Part shown: positions 55,596-64,000 of the stretch, one piece after another | Numbering within the stretch: position 1 is the first letter of the stretch | Layout: each line of letters begins with the position of its first letter | Assembly: GCA_024276995.1 (NCBI GenBank) | Contig: JAJRWB010000076.1 | Location: forward strand, 164-64,163 | Length of the DNA stretch: 64,000 bases | Source of the DNA: Candidatus Eiseniibacteriota bacterium | GTDB lineage: Bacteria; Orphanbacterota; Orphanbacteria; Orphanbacterales; Orphanbacteraceae | Direction: 5' to 3' | The notes under the pieces: model-generated | The model's database searches: none | What the model saw: the letters and a program-made list of their open reading frames with translations, nothing else | What the model was told of the DNA's origin: nothing | Translations under genes and position numbers: made by a program

Positions 55596-56162
55596 ATGGA
55601 AATACGACCCCTCGACCCGACCGTGGACGGAGATGCGGCCCGAGCGATCTGGCATGAAGTCGGCTGGATCGACGATTCGAAGAATCATGCGGACGGCCTC
55701 GACAGTTTTCTCGCCTCCGGCGACGGCTGGGTGGCAACGATCCGCGGCGGCGCCGAGTGTATCGTCACCACCGCCCGCGGGTCGATGGCGTACCTCGGCG
55801 CGACGATCCCGATGTCGTTCGTCACGTCGGTGACCACGAGCCGTATCGCGCGAAAGAAGGGGTTCGCCGGGCGGCTCACGGCCCGGGCGCTCGCCGCCGA
55901 CGCGGCGCGCGGCGCTCTCGTGTCGGCGCTGGGCATGTTCGAACAAGGATTCTACAATCGTCTCGGCTACGGCACGGGGGGATACGAACATATCGTCTCA
56001 TTCGATCCCGCGAGCATCGCCCTCGAAGGGAAGACAGCCGTCCCGGTCCGACTCGGCATGGGCGACTACGAAAAGGTCCATCGCTCTCGTCTGAAAAGAC
56101 GGCTCGGCCACGGCGCATGCCGTATCGACTCCCCGCCTTTACCCGGGCGGAGATGCTCCTGA
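55596..56162 (+). CDS. GNAT-family N-acetyltransferase. Its C-terminal region is possibly frameshifted into the 56163..56251 frame.
   Basis: The acetyl-CoA binding motif is RIARKKGFAGRLTARAL, with FYNRLGYG nearby. A plausible protein-like continuation (RLPAFTRAEMLLTKGGFGLGDLLEELDTVFRL) appears in another frame downstream. Confidence 0.5.
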   Translation: MEIRPLDPTVDGDAARAIWHEVGWIDDSKNHADGLDSFLASGDGWVATIRGGAECIVTTARGSMAYLGATIPMSFVTSVTTSRIARKKGFAGRLTARALAADAARGALVSALGMFEQGFYNRLGYGTGGYEHIVSFDPASIALEGKTAVPVRLGMGDYEKVHRSRLKRRLGHGACRIDSPPLPGRRCS

Positions 56163-56486
56163 CGAAGGGCGGCTTCGGTCTCGGCGATCTCCTGGAAGAA
56201 CTCGATACGGTGTTTCGCCTTCACGAGCCGCGTCCCGACTGGCCTTTCTGAAGCGGCGCACCGGCCGTATGCAACAGGTGTCCGATGCGGCTCACCGAGT
56301 TCCTTGCCGGCCACGAAGTGACCGGCCATCCCCCACGGACTTGACATCTCCTTCCCGTTTCGTCCCGCCCGCTCCGTCTCGAACCGCTTTCCCTTCCTGA
56401 AGAAACGGTGATTCCCGACGATGCCCACTTTCCGGCATGTCTTTTGCTGACTCGTGCGTCCGGCCACGAAACGGGAGGAGGCGGCC

Positions 56487-59400
56487 ATGGAATGTTTCCT
56501 GCTGACGAAGACCGGTGCGAGGCCGTTTCTCGCGGCACTCGCTGTCACAACCTTTATCTTTATTCCGTGGCGGGCGGCGGCGGTATCGCCTCCGTCGCCC
56601 GAACTGTCCGCCGCGGCGGCGAAATGGGAGAGAGTGCTCGACATTCCGCGGGAAGATTACGGCCCGGTGGCGAAGAACGCGACAGGAGGTGAACTGCTCG
56701 TTCTTCTGTGTGACACCGATGACCGCCCCGCCGATCGGACGGTGAACTCCCGGGAGCGGTGGAACGATCTTTTTTTCGCCCCGCGCCGCTCGGTGGCGGC
56801 GCATTGGGAGGAGGCGACGAGGGGACGGGTCGTGTTCCGGGGGAGCGCGGCGGAATGGATTCGCCTCGATGGACGCTATGATGACTACCGGAGCGATCTC
56901 TCCCTCTTCGCCGCCCACGCGTTCGCCGCCCTCGCCGGCACGGTCGACTGGAGCCGCTACGACTGGGACGGCGACGGGCTCGCCGAGGGCGTGGTGATCG
57001 TTCACGCCGGCAGGGGGGGGGAGGAGACGGGCAGTACGGGCGACATCTGGTCGCAGGCGCGCCGATTCGCCTCCCCGCCCGGGGGTTTCCCGGTGGAGGC
57101 GGCGGCGTTCGTTCCCGAGGACGGCCGGCTCGGGGTTTGCGCCCACGAAACGGGACATCTCCTCGGGCTTCCCGACCTATACGATCGATCACTCCGGTCG
57201 ATGGGCCTGGGGATCTGGTCGCTCATGGCTTACGGCACCTGGGCGGGCGGAGGAGACAGTCCGACGGGACTCGATGCGTGGTCTCTCTTCGCGCTCGGGC
57301 TCGGCGGTGAGGCGCCCGGCAGTGATGAAAACGGCGTCTGGACGATGCACTTGTTCGGCGATTCCCCCGGTCCCGTCCGGATCGTGACGGCGGCCGATCG
57401 GCGGGAATCATTCCTCCTCGGATGGCGGCGCCGCGCAGGGGTCGACTCGCTCCTGCCCGGTGGGGGACTCGAAATCTATCATATAAACGATCGATACCGG
57501 GGAAACAGCGCCCCCGATCACTACCACGTCGCCCTCGAACAGGCGGACGGTCTCTTCGACCTGGAGCGGTCGAGCGATTTTCGCGGATGGGGCGATGACG
57601 GAGATCTCTATCCCGGTTCGACGGGAAATGTCGCCTTCACGGCGTCGACTCTCCCGTCGAGCCGGCTGAGCGGCGGTCTTCGAAGCGGAATCGCGCTCGA
57701 TATCGACACCTTCACCGCGGCGGAAGGGGTGACGATCACCGGAACGGCACAGGCGCCTCTCGCGCCGGAACTCGAGGTGCAATCCGTCCATATTCTCGAT
57801 GGCGGGGAGACCGACCGTCTTGTCACGGGACGGCGGTGTGTCGTGGAGGTCACCGTGCAGAACCGGGGGAACGCGGTGTCGCCGCCACGGGAGGTGACCG
57901 CCCTCGCGGAGGAGACCTTTCTCTCGGTGCCGTCCGGCCGGGCGCTGCTTCCGGAGCTGGCCGTAGGGGAGTGGAGCACCGCGGAGAACTCGCCCCGTTT
58001 CAAAATGGTCGTCGATTCGACGAAAACGGGGCCGGGTGCGGTCCATGTCGTCCTCTCGCCCGACTCGATCTGGCTCGGCGATCCGGCGCGGCTGGAGATC
58101 GGTTTCCTTCCCCCCGAGCGGCCCGGGTGGCCGGTGGCGGTGACCGAAGGGTGGGGTGTGGGCGAACCGTCGTTTCTCACCGCAGCCGGTGATACCGCCG
58201 GCGCCCTTCTCACCGGCGATCTCGCAGGACGGCTCTTCCGGATCGGTGAAGACGGTAGGAGGGAAATCCTCGCCGACGTGGGCGGACCGCCGGCGGGAAG
58301 ATGCGCCGTGGCGGATATCGATGGCGACGGCGCCGAAGAGATCGCGCTCCTGACCGAGAAAGGAACACTCTATCTTCTCGGATCGGACGGAAGTGTTTTC
58401 GCCGGCTGGCCGGTGTCTCTCGACACGCCGGTGCCGGGGGGGCCTCTCCTGATGGAGGAGGTGGACCGCTCCTGGTCGGTGGTCGTCTCCGCCGGGACGG
58501 CGCTTCATCGTTTCGACCGTGGCGGAGCGGAGCGCGACGGCTGGCCGGTTCGTTTCGGAAGCGAAATCACGGTGCCCGTACTCTTCGTCAACCGAAGAGA
58601 GGACGGTGTAGTGGTGATCGACGGCGAAGGGGCGGCCCACCTTCTCTCCCCCGCCGGTGTCGAGCGAAACGGATGGCCCGTTCCGCTGGGCTCGCCGGGC
58701 GTATCGGCGCCGGTGGTGGCGATGTTCGGATCGATCACGCTCGTCGTCGCGTGTGAGGATGGAACGATTCACGGCCTCCGATGGGACGGAACACCGGCGC
58801 CGGGCTGGCCGGTCGACACGGGAGAACCGTCGTTTGGCACGGCGCTCGCTGTGGCGGATGTCGACGGCGATGGTTATGACGAGGTGGCGGTCGCCCCCTC
58901 GCACAGCTGCACACTGCTCGACCGCGGCGGCGTTCCTCTCGCCGGTTGGCCCGTGTCGACGCTTCCCGGGAGGAAGAGCGCCCTCCTCCTCGCCGATGTG
59001 GCGGGCGACGATCGCTTCGAAGTGATCGCCGGCAACCGCGACGCCGGGTGGTACGGGTGGGATTCACGAGGGCGTCCCCTCGCCGGCTGGCCCGTCCCGG
59101 CGGAGGGGTTCGCCGGCGTGTCCGCCCTCGCCGATCTCGACGGCGACGGCACGTGGGAGATCTATGCCGACGACTCAGCACGGGGCTGGCGGGCCTTCGA
59201 CCTCGCCGGCGGAATCCGGAAGCGACCCGCCTGGACCCTTTCACGGGGAGACGCTGCGGCCACGGGAAACCTTCCCGCGCCGGCGGGTGGTCTTCCCGAC
59301 CTCGAGGTGATATTTCCCGAACCGGGCATCTCCGATGAGCGTCTCTGGGCGGGCGATCCGGTGCGAATTCCGTTTCTTATCGTCAACCGGGGGGTGGGGG

Positions 59401-61157
59401 AGAGCGCCGCGACGCTCCTGCGAACATCGTGGCGAACGGGATCGTCCGGCGGAGCGGCCGCGGTCGACTCGATGGTCGTCACCGCGATCCTTCCGGGGGA
59501 CACGGTCCGCGTCGATCTCGACTCCCGGGTGCCGTACGCGGAGGATGAAGGAACCGTTTTCGAAGCCCGCCTGGATCGATCGGGAAGCGAGACGGCTCTC
59601 GAAAACAACACCGCCGTCGTTTCGATCGGGAAAACCGTCCCGGGCGACCGACTCGAGTTTTCCGGCTATGGTATCGCCCCGACGGAAATCGCCTTGTGCG
59701 ATGGGATGCTCTACCAGGTAGTGGCCGGTTTCGTGCTGCCCCGGGAGCTTCGAACCGGCACGGATCGAAACGATCTTGTCGTGGCGGGTCACGACCTGTC
59801 GGTATCGGTGAACGATTTCTTCGTGATCAGCGGGAACCGGGTGGAGCGGGTCGATCTTCATTCGGGAATGAAGGAGTTCCTCACCGGTTCGTCGAACCTC
59901 CCCTGCTGTCCGTCGGCGGGGAACGAAGTTTCGATCTGGACGGAGAGCCAGTGCGGCGGAAGAAGCAGCATCGCCGTTTTCCACCGGTCCACGGGACGGA
60001 TCGATTACATGCCGTGCAGGAATCAACCGGTCGGGAAGCCGGCGGCTGCGGGCGGCGTCGCGTACTGGGCCGAGTCGGACGGAGACGGGAGCGCGCTTCT
60101 GAGCGCGAATCTCGATACCGGGACGGTCCGGGAAATCTACTCGACAAGCGATCGAATCGGTCTTCTCGCGGCGGATTCGTCGGGCGCGCTGTTCGCCCTT
60201 TCCCCCGCCGGAGGCACGAGCCTCCTCTTCTATGACGGCGTCGCCGGTTCGGTGCGCCTTCTCGCCCGCCGTGACGGCGCGATCGAATCGATCGCCATGG
60301 CGAAAGGTCTCGCCGTATGGAGCGAAAGGATGGGGGGAGAGGCGGATCTCTTCGCCATGGAAATCGAAGGGGAAAGGATCTACCCGATCTGTCTCGCCGC
60401 CGGGGACCAGGGAAGCGTCTCCCTTTCGGGCGACACGATCGTTTGGATCGATGCCCGGACCGCCCCCGCTGTCGCGAGGGGAATGCATGTGGAGCGGGAT
60501 CTCTTCGATGACCGGTCGATGGGGGGGGAGGAAGGCGCCGGAAAACCGCAATTCACCGTGCGGTTTCTCCGCGCCGAAGTGCTTGGCGATTCGGTGCGCC
60601 TCGACTGGCGGGTGGTCGGCGAGGTTTCCGAAGGCGTTTTCAAGCTCCTTCGCACCGGGGCGGGAATCTCCCGGGCCGATCTCGCCGACTCGATCGCCGC
60701 CGGGCGGATACAGGGCGAAGGTTTCTACTCGTTCGTCGACCATCTCGCACCCGATCGAAAGAGGCCGGAATTCCTTTACTACTATATCGAGGCGAACGTG
60801 GGAAAGACACGTATCACCGCCGGGCCGCTCGCCGTTCGACCGCCGGCGGTTCCCGTCTCCTGGGTCGTGGAACCGCCCTATCCGAATCCGGCGTCGAAGA
60901 CGGTGAGACTCGCTTTTTCGGTACCGTCCTTTGTCGTGCTCCCGGAAAAAAGGGAAACGATTCTCGAGGTGTTCGACATCCGCGGGAGGAGAGTTCGAAA
61001 GGAGCGGTTCGGTGTGGTTGGAAGGGGGAGGAGGAGTGTCGAATGGGATCTCCTAGACGGGAGCGGAAGGGACGTCCGGTCGGGGCTGTATTTCCTCCGC
61101 CTCGCCGTGGGGGACCGGCGGTTTCCCGCCAGGAAAGTGTTGGTGGTTCGGCGTTGA
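56487..61157 (+). CDS. Secreted M6-family (immune-inhibitor-A-like) metalloprotease with CARDB domains, FG-GAP β-propeller repeats and a Por/T9SS-type C-terminal sorting domain (1557 aa).
   Basis: The signal peptide is MECFLLTKTGARPFLAALAVTTFIFIPWRAAA. The zinc site is HETGHLLGLPDLYD. FG-GAP repeats are present (DIDGDGAEEIAL, DVDGDGYDEVAV, DLDGDGTWEIY, LADVAGDDRFEVIAG). Two CARDB-like modules are present. The C-terminus is VVEPPYPNPASKTVRLAFSV...LEVFDIRGRRVRKE...WDLLDGSGRDVRSGLYFLRLAVGDRRFPARKVLVVRR. A GGGAGGAGG ribosome-binding site precedes the ATG at 56487. Confidence 0.75.
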   Translation: MECFLLTKTGARPFLAALAVTTFIFIPWRAAAVSPPSPELSAAAAKWERVLDIPREDYGPVAKNATGGELLVLLCDTDDRPADRTVNSRERWNDLFFAPRRSVAAHWEEATRGRVVFRGSAAEWIRLDGRYDDYRSDLSLFAAHAFAALAGTVDWSRYDWDGDGLAEGVVIVHAGRGGEETGSTGDIWSQARRFASPPGGFPVEAAAFVPEDGRLGVCAHETGHLLGLPDLYDRSLRSMGLGIWSLMAYGTWAGGGDSPTGLDAWSLFALGLGGEAPGSDENGVWTMHLFGDSPGPVRIVTAADRRESFLLGWRRRAGVDSLLPGGGLEIYHINDRYRGNSAPDHYHVALEQADGLFDLERSSDFRGWGDDGDLYPGSTGNVAFTASTLPSSRLSGGLRSGIALDIDTFTAAEGVTITGTAQAPLAPELEVQSVHILDGGETDRLVTGRRCVVEVTVQNRGNAVSPPREVTALAEETFLSVPSGRALLPELAVGEWSTAENSPRFKMVVDSTKTGPGAVHVVLSPDSIWLGDPARLEIGFLPPERPGWPVAVTEGWGVGEPSFLTAAGDTAGALLTGDLAGRLFRIGEDGRREILADVGGPPAGRCAVADIDGDGAEEIALLTEKGTLYLLGSDGSVFAGWPVSLDTPVPGGPLLMEEVDRSWSVVVSAGTALHRFDRGGAERDGWPVRFGSEITVPVLFVNRREDGVVVIDGEGAAHLLSPAGVERNGWPVPLGSPGVSAPVVAMFGSITLVVACEDGTIHGLRWDGTPAPGWPVDTGEPSFGTALAVADVDGDGYDEVAVAPSHSCTLLDRGGVPLAGWPVSTLPGRKSALLLADVAGDDRFEVIAGNRDAGWYGWDSRGRPLAGWPVPAEGFAGVSALADLDGDGTWEIYADDSARGWRAFDLAGGIRKRPAWTLSRGDAAATGNLPAPAGGLPDLEVIFPEPGISDERLWAGDPVRIPFLIVNRGVGESAATLLRTSWRTGSSGGAAAVDSMVVTAILPGDTVRVDLDSRVPYAEDEGTVFEARLDRSGSETALENNTAVVSIGKTVPGDRLEFSGYGIAPTEIALCDGMLYQVVAGFVLPRELRTGTDRNDLVVAGHDLSVSVNDFFVISGNRVERVDLHSGMKEFLTGSSNLPCCPSAGNEVSIWTESQCGGRSSIAVFHRSTGRIDYMPCRNQPVGKPAAAGGVAYWAESDGDGSALLSANLDTGTVREIYSTSDRIGLLAADSSGALFALSPAGGTSLLFYDGVAGSVRLLARRDGAIESIAMAKGLAVWSERMGGEADLFAMEIEGERIYPICLAAGDQGSVSLSGDTIVWIDARTAPAVARGMHVERDLFDDRSMGGEEGAGKPQFTVRFLRAEVLGDSVRLDWRVVGEVSEGVFKLLRTGAGISRADLADSIAAGRIQGEGFYSFVDHLAPDRKRPEFLYYYIEANVGKTRITAGPLAVRPPAVPVSWVVEPPYPNPASKTVRLAFSVPSFVVLPEKRETILEVFDIRGRRVRKERFGVVGRGRRSVEWDLLDGSGRDVRSGLYFLRLAVGDRRFPARKVLVVRR

Positions 61158-61182
61158 TCGGGCAGGAGGGGGTCCGTCGAAG

Positions 61183-62730
61183 CTAGGGCGGTCCGATCGA
61201 TTCCCGGAGCGTCCGTAGACGCTCGAGTTCCGCCTGAGCCGGGGCGAAGTCGGGTGCTTCCCTCAGAGCGTTTTCGCACGCCCGGATCGCCTCGTCGGTC
61301 CGACCGAGAGAGGAGTAAAAACTGGAGAGGTTCATATAGATCAGAGGGAGCTCCGAGCGGTCGCCGTCGGCCACCGCCCTTCGGAACGACTCTTCGGCGA
61401 GGGTGATCTCTCCACGCCGCGCATGGAAGAGGGCGATTTCCGTTTCCTGTTTCGCGAAACCGTGGTGCCTGGCGATCGAAGAGATGCCTAGGACAATCAT
61501 GACGGCGGCGAGGAGGAGGGAGAGAAGAATGTCGCGCACCGCCCGGCGGCCGATGAAAGTCGCCAGGAGAAAGATGCCGTGCGCGGCGAACGGGATCATT
61601 CCGATCACGATCGGCAGGCGGTAGCGGGAGGTGATGTAGAAGACGAGAAGAGAGAAGAAGTAGGCACATACGAACAGGTGAAGATGCCCGATCCGGCGCC
61701 ACCGCTTCATGCCGAAGAAGAAGCCGATCGCGGCGAACGGCGAGATCGAGAGGAACGACGGGAGGAAACCGCTGAAAAGGGGAGAGATCCTGGCGAAGTA
61801 GTATTGGTTGTAATTGTCCGGGACCTCGTAGCCGTTGAGAGCGAGGCGGAACTTGAGGAGGATCAGACGAAGTTCCTTCCCCGGATGGGTGACGGCGAAG
61901 CGGACCGCCCTGCGGATCCAGAAAGAGGAGACTTCCGAAGGCCTGAGACTCCTTCCTTCGATCGATTCGGCATATCTGCGGGCGTCTTCCTCTTCGTGTT
62001 CCGGGACGCTTCGCACTTCGGGCGGCGGTGAGTGGATTCCCGACGCGCCCGGGTGATTTCCCACGTAGAGATTGATACCGGCGTCCGATTCGGTGAGAAC
62101 CCAGTCTCCCGCGACAAGCCGGTTTCGGGTGGTAACGGGGGCTATGGCGAACGCGGCTCCGACGAGAAAGAGAACGGCTTCACGAAGAGCCCTCCCCCGG
62201 CCGGGACGTTCCACCCTGAAAACGATCCATAAGGCGAGAAGTGGAAGGGCGAAGAGGAGATTGCCGCGGCCGCACACGGCGATACCGAGAAGGAGTCCCG
62301 CCTGCGCGAAATGAGTCTTCTTTCCGCTTTCGAGGGCATGGGTGAGGCGAAGGAGCGCGCCGGCGAGAAAGGGAAAAACGATCACCGATTTCAGGATCAT
62401 GGCGTCCTGGAAAACGAGTGTCCCGTAGAGCGATGCGATCAGCCCGGCGAGGATTCCCTCGCGCCTGGAGAAGAGCTCGCGCGTCAGGAAGTAGAGGAGG
62501 ACGCACGTGAGAGATCCGATCAGCGCCTGGACGACGCGTACCGCCATCAGGTCGCGGCCGAGGAGCGCATAGAGGGAGCCGAGAAAATAAGGGTAGAGCG
62601 GCGCCTGATAGAAAACGGTGTCGCCGGCCAGGTCGCCCGCCGCGATCCGTCCCGCCCATCGATCGTACGAGGCGGCATCGATCATCAGGTCGTCGAAGTA
62701 GGGCGAGTGGCGGAAATCGGAGAGGAACAA
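61183..62730 (-). CDS. GT39/PMT-like membrane glycosyltransferase with C-terminal TPR repeats. The N-terminus appears disrupted.
   Basis: The ArnT-like loop is SDFRHSPYFDDLMIDAASYDRWAGRIAAGD...FYQAPLYPYFLGSLYALLG, followed by multiple TM helices and C-terminal TPR units (YMNLSSFYSSLGRTDEAIRACENALREAPD). The expected TM1 (KKIDWIAALLVFSIALGTRLLFL) is encoded in frame immediately upstream of the TTG at 62730, but lies after an in-frame TGA at 62806-62808 with no canonical start between them. Confidence 0.65.
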   Translation of the reverse strand: MFLSDFRHSPYFDDLMIDAASYDRWAGRIAAGDLAGDTVFYQAPLYPYFLGSLYALLGRDLMAVRVVQALIGSLTCVLLYFLTRELFSRREGILAGLIASLYGTLVFQDAMILKSVIVFPFLAGALLRLTHALESGKKTHFAQAGLLLGIAVCGRGNLLFALPLLALWIVFRVERPGRGRALREAVLFLVGAAFAIAPVTTRNRLVAGDWVLTESDAGINLYVGNHPGASGIHSPPPEVRSVPEHEEEDARRYAESIEGRSLRPSEVSSFWIRRAVRFAVTHPGKELRLILLKFRLALNGYEVPDNYNQYYFARISPLFSGFLPSFLSISPFAAIGFFFGMKRWRRIGHLHLFVCAYFFSLLVFYITSRYRLPIVIGMIPFAAHGIFLLATFIGRRAVRDILLSLLLAAVMIVLGISSIARHHGFAKQETEIALFHARRGEITLAEESFRRAVADGDRSELPLIYMNLSSFYSSLGRTDEAIRACENALREAPDFAPAQAELERLRTLRESIGPP

Positions 62731-63094
62731 GAGCCTCGTGCCGAGGGCGATGGAGAAGACGAGGAGCGCTGCGATCCAATCGATTTTCTTCTGCCGGTTC
62801 GTGTCTCAACTGCTCCATGTGCGGCGTCATATGGTTATCGCACCCGGAACCGACCGATCGGTCATCGCGGTCGGCAGAGAGGAGGTGCGGACGGCCACGA
62901 GGAAGATAGCCGCCGGCAGGGGCGGAAGTCAATCGGCCCGTCCCGGAGCGTTGGCGACGACACGAAACCGGGTGGCCGTTCATGTAGATTCGCCCCGGCA
63001 CGGTCTGTCCATCGCTTTCTCGACCCGCCTTCGAAGGGTGTTCTGAAGATTCTCGGTCCCGAACCGCCCGGTGGCGAACCGAATGGGAGGTTTC

Positions 63095-64000
63095 ATGCTT
63101 TCAAGAGTACTGTCCGGGGCGTTGCACGGCGTGGACGCGATCCTCATCCAGGTGGAGGCGGATCTCGCGGGAGGGCTTCCCGCGTTCACCGTCGTCGGAT
63201 TGCCGGACGCGGCGGTTCGCGAGTCGAGGGAGCGCGTCGCGGCGGCGCTCAAGAACTCCTCTTTCTCTTTCCCGGCGAGGAGGATCACGATCAACCTGGC
63301 GCCCGCCGGCGTAAGGAAGGAGGGAGCCCTCTATGATCTTCCCATCGCGCTCGGCCTTCTCGTCTCGTCGGAACAGATCGAACCGTTCGCCATGGAGAAG
63401 ACGCTCGTCGTCGGCGAACTTTCACTGGACGGCAGGCTACGCCCTGTGCGGGGCGTACTCCCGATGACGATTTGCGCGCGCACTTCCGGGCTAGATGCCG
63501 TGATCGTTCCTGAAGAGAACGCCGAGGAGGCCGCCGCAGTGGAAGGGATCAACATATGGCCCGCCCGTTCTCTTCTCGACGTGGTAGAGCGATTCCGTTC
63601 ACCGAACGGCTCGAAGCCCTATTCCGCCGCCCGGGGGAAGAAGGACGTTTCGTCGCGGTGCGCCGATCTATCCGAGGTGAGGGGCCATGAGCACGCCCGC
63701 CGCGCCGTGGAGGTCGCCGCGGCGGGGGGACATAATATCCTCTTCGTCGGTCCGCCCGGTTCGGGGAAGACGATGATCGCCCGCCGGCTGCCCTCGATCC
63801 TTCCCGACCTGACTCGCGACGAGGCGCTCGCCGTGACGAGGGTCTACTCGGTGTCCGGTCTCCTGTCGCCCGGTGACTCGCTGATTTCGACGCGTCCCTT
63901 TCGTTCGCCCCATCACTCCACATCCAACGCCGGCCTCGTCGGCGGGGGTGCGTATCCCCGGCCGGGAGAGATCTCCCTCGCCCATCACGGCGTTCTCTTC
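63095..64000 (+). CDS. comM: YifB/ComM-family Mg-chelatase-like AAA+ ATPase, 3' partial.
   Basis: [48 protein letters not shown] is the N-terminal Lon-like domain. Walker A is [26 protein letters not shown]...[13 protein letters not shown] is present. A GGGAGG ribosome-binding site lies 4 nt before the ATG. It runs off the window end. Confidence 0.85.
   Translation, partial: MLSRVLSGALHGVDAILIQVEADLAGGLPAFTVVGLPDAAVRESRERVAAALKNSSFSFPARRITINLAPAGVRKEGALYDLPIALGLLVSSEQIEPFAMEKTLVVGELSLDGRLRPVRGVLPMTICARTSGLDAVIVPEENAEEAAAVEGINIWPARSLLDVVERFRSPNGSKPYSAARGKKDVSSRCADLSEVRGHEHARRAVEVAAAGGHNILFVGPPGSGKTMIARRLPSILPDLTRDEALAVTRVYSVSGLLSPGDSLISTRPFRSPHHSTSNAGLVGGGAYPRPGEISLAHHGVLF

Noticed and set aside
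62806-62808. I considered whether the in-frame TGA upstream of the GT39 TM1 could be a second selenocysteine codon.
   Set aside because: A further in-frame TGA lies 7 codons upstream and there is no start codon beyond it. There is no SECIS-like hairpin. There is no conserved Cys context. A frameshift or indel is a better explanation.
62738-63046. A 102-aa plus-strand ORF and a 273-aa minus-strand ORF (62180..63001) in the GT39/yifB divergent region.
   Set aside because: Neither is protein-like and neither has a ribosome-binding site. The region is better explained as divergent promoters plus the displaced 5' end of the GT39 gene.
1-64000. I searched the whole window for CRISPR arrays, rRNA, tRNA, IS elements, integrases and toxin-antitoxin pairs.
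   Set aside because: I saw no direct-repeat arrays, no T-loop GTTCGAATC-type signatures in intergenic regions, and no transposase or integrase-like ORFs. Nothing supports a mobile-element call.

Overview
This 64 kb window is about 70% GC and comes from a bacterium with two membranes. It carries fused cytochrome-porin and other outer-membrane β-barrel and lipoprotein genes, and at least four secreted proteins that end in a Por/T9SS-type C-terminal sorting domain (motif ...PNPFNP.TTI.F.L......L.IYD..GR.VR.L.....G.....WDG.D..G.....SGVYF.RL...........K..L.R). The core promoters found are σ70-like (TTGACA/TATAAT), which fits a high-GC FCB-related lineage such as Gemmatimonadota, Eisenbacteria or Latescibacteria rather than Bacteroidetes. 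Lineage is inferred and I cannot confirm it.

Gene content from start to end:
- A conserved translation/RNA-processing operon: ffh (5' partial), rpsP with an unusually long acidic tail, a KH-domain gene, rimM, trmD, then an internal near-consensus promoter, rplS, rnhB and yraN.
- A lipoprotein followed by a 1248-aa LVIVD-repeat β-propeller protein with the sorting domain.
- A convergent outer-membrane β-barrel with an N-terminal CxxCH. It resembles the Cyc2 fused cytochrome-porin.
- Two paralogous spermidine-synthase-like fused membrane proteins, one carrying TPR repeats.
- recD2, an ArnT-like GT39 glycosyltransferase and a PAP2 phosphatase.
- trxA with a clear intrinsic terminator, a family-4 UDG, prepilin peptidase, rlmE and a ptsN-like EIIA.
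- A PIG-L deacetylase, a YhaM-like nuclease and the AddB/AddA helicase-nuclease pair.
- An 827-aa PQQ-propeller protein with the sorting domain.
- A GC-poor island with no confident coding sequence, then an unknown 202-aa protein.
- A TMTC-like GT-C/TPR membrane protein, a NosD-like β-helix protein, and an alkaline-phosphatase-family phosphodiesterase lipoprotein that converges on a secreted EEP-family nuclease/phosphatase carrying the sorting domain.
- A carboxymuconolactone-decarboxylase/AhpD-family gene whose conserved CxxC motif is encoded as C-x-x-TGA and followed by a SECIS-like hairpin. I read it as a candidate selenoprotein.
- CYTH, an OmpA-like lipoprotein, tag, lspA, a 2[4Fe-4S] ferredoxin and a geranylgeranyl-reductase-like flavoprotein.
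- A divergent gldA/gldF/gldG-like ABC system plus a DUF4340 gene.
- dCMP deaminase, an AmmeMemoRadiSam radical-SAM enzyme with no partner genes nearby, small lipoprotein, RAM-domain and GNAT genes.
- A 1557-aa M6 metalloprotease with FG-GAP repeats, CARDB domains and the sorting domain.
- A GT39/TPR gene whose first transmembrane helix lies upstream of an in-frame stop.
- yifB/comM, partial at the 3' end.

I found no rRNA, tRNA or CRISPR array. Many long overlapping ORFs in the six-frame track are antisense shadows typical of high-GC DNA and were rejected.
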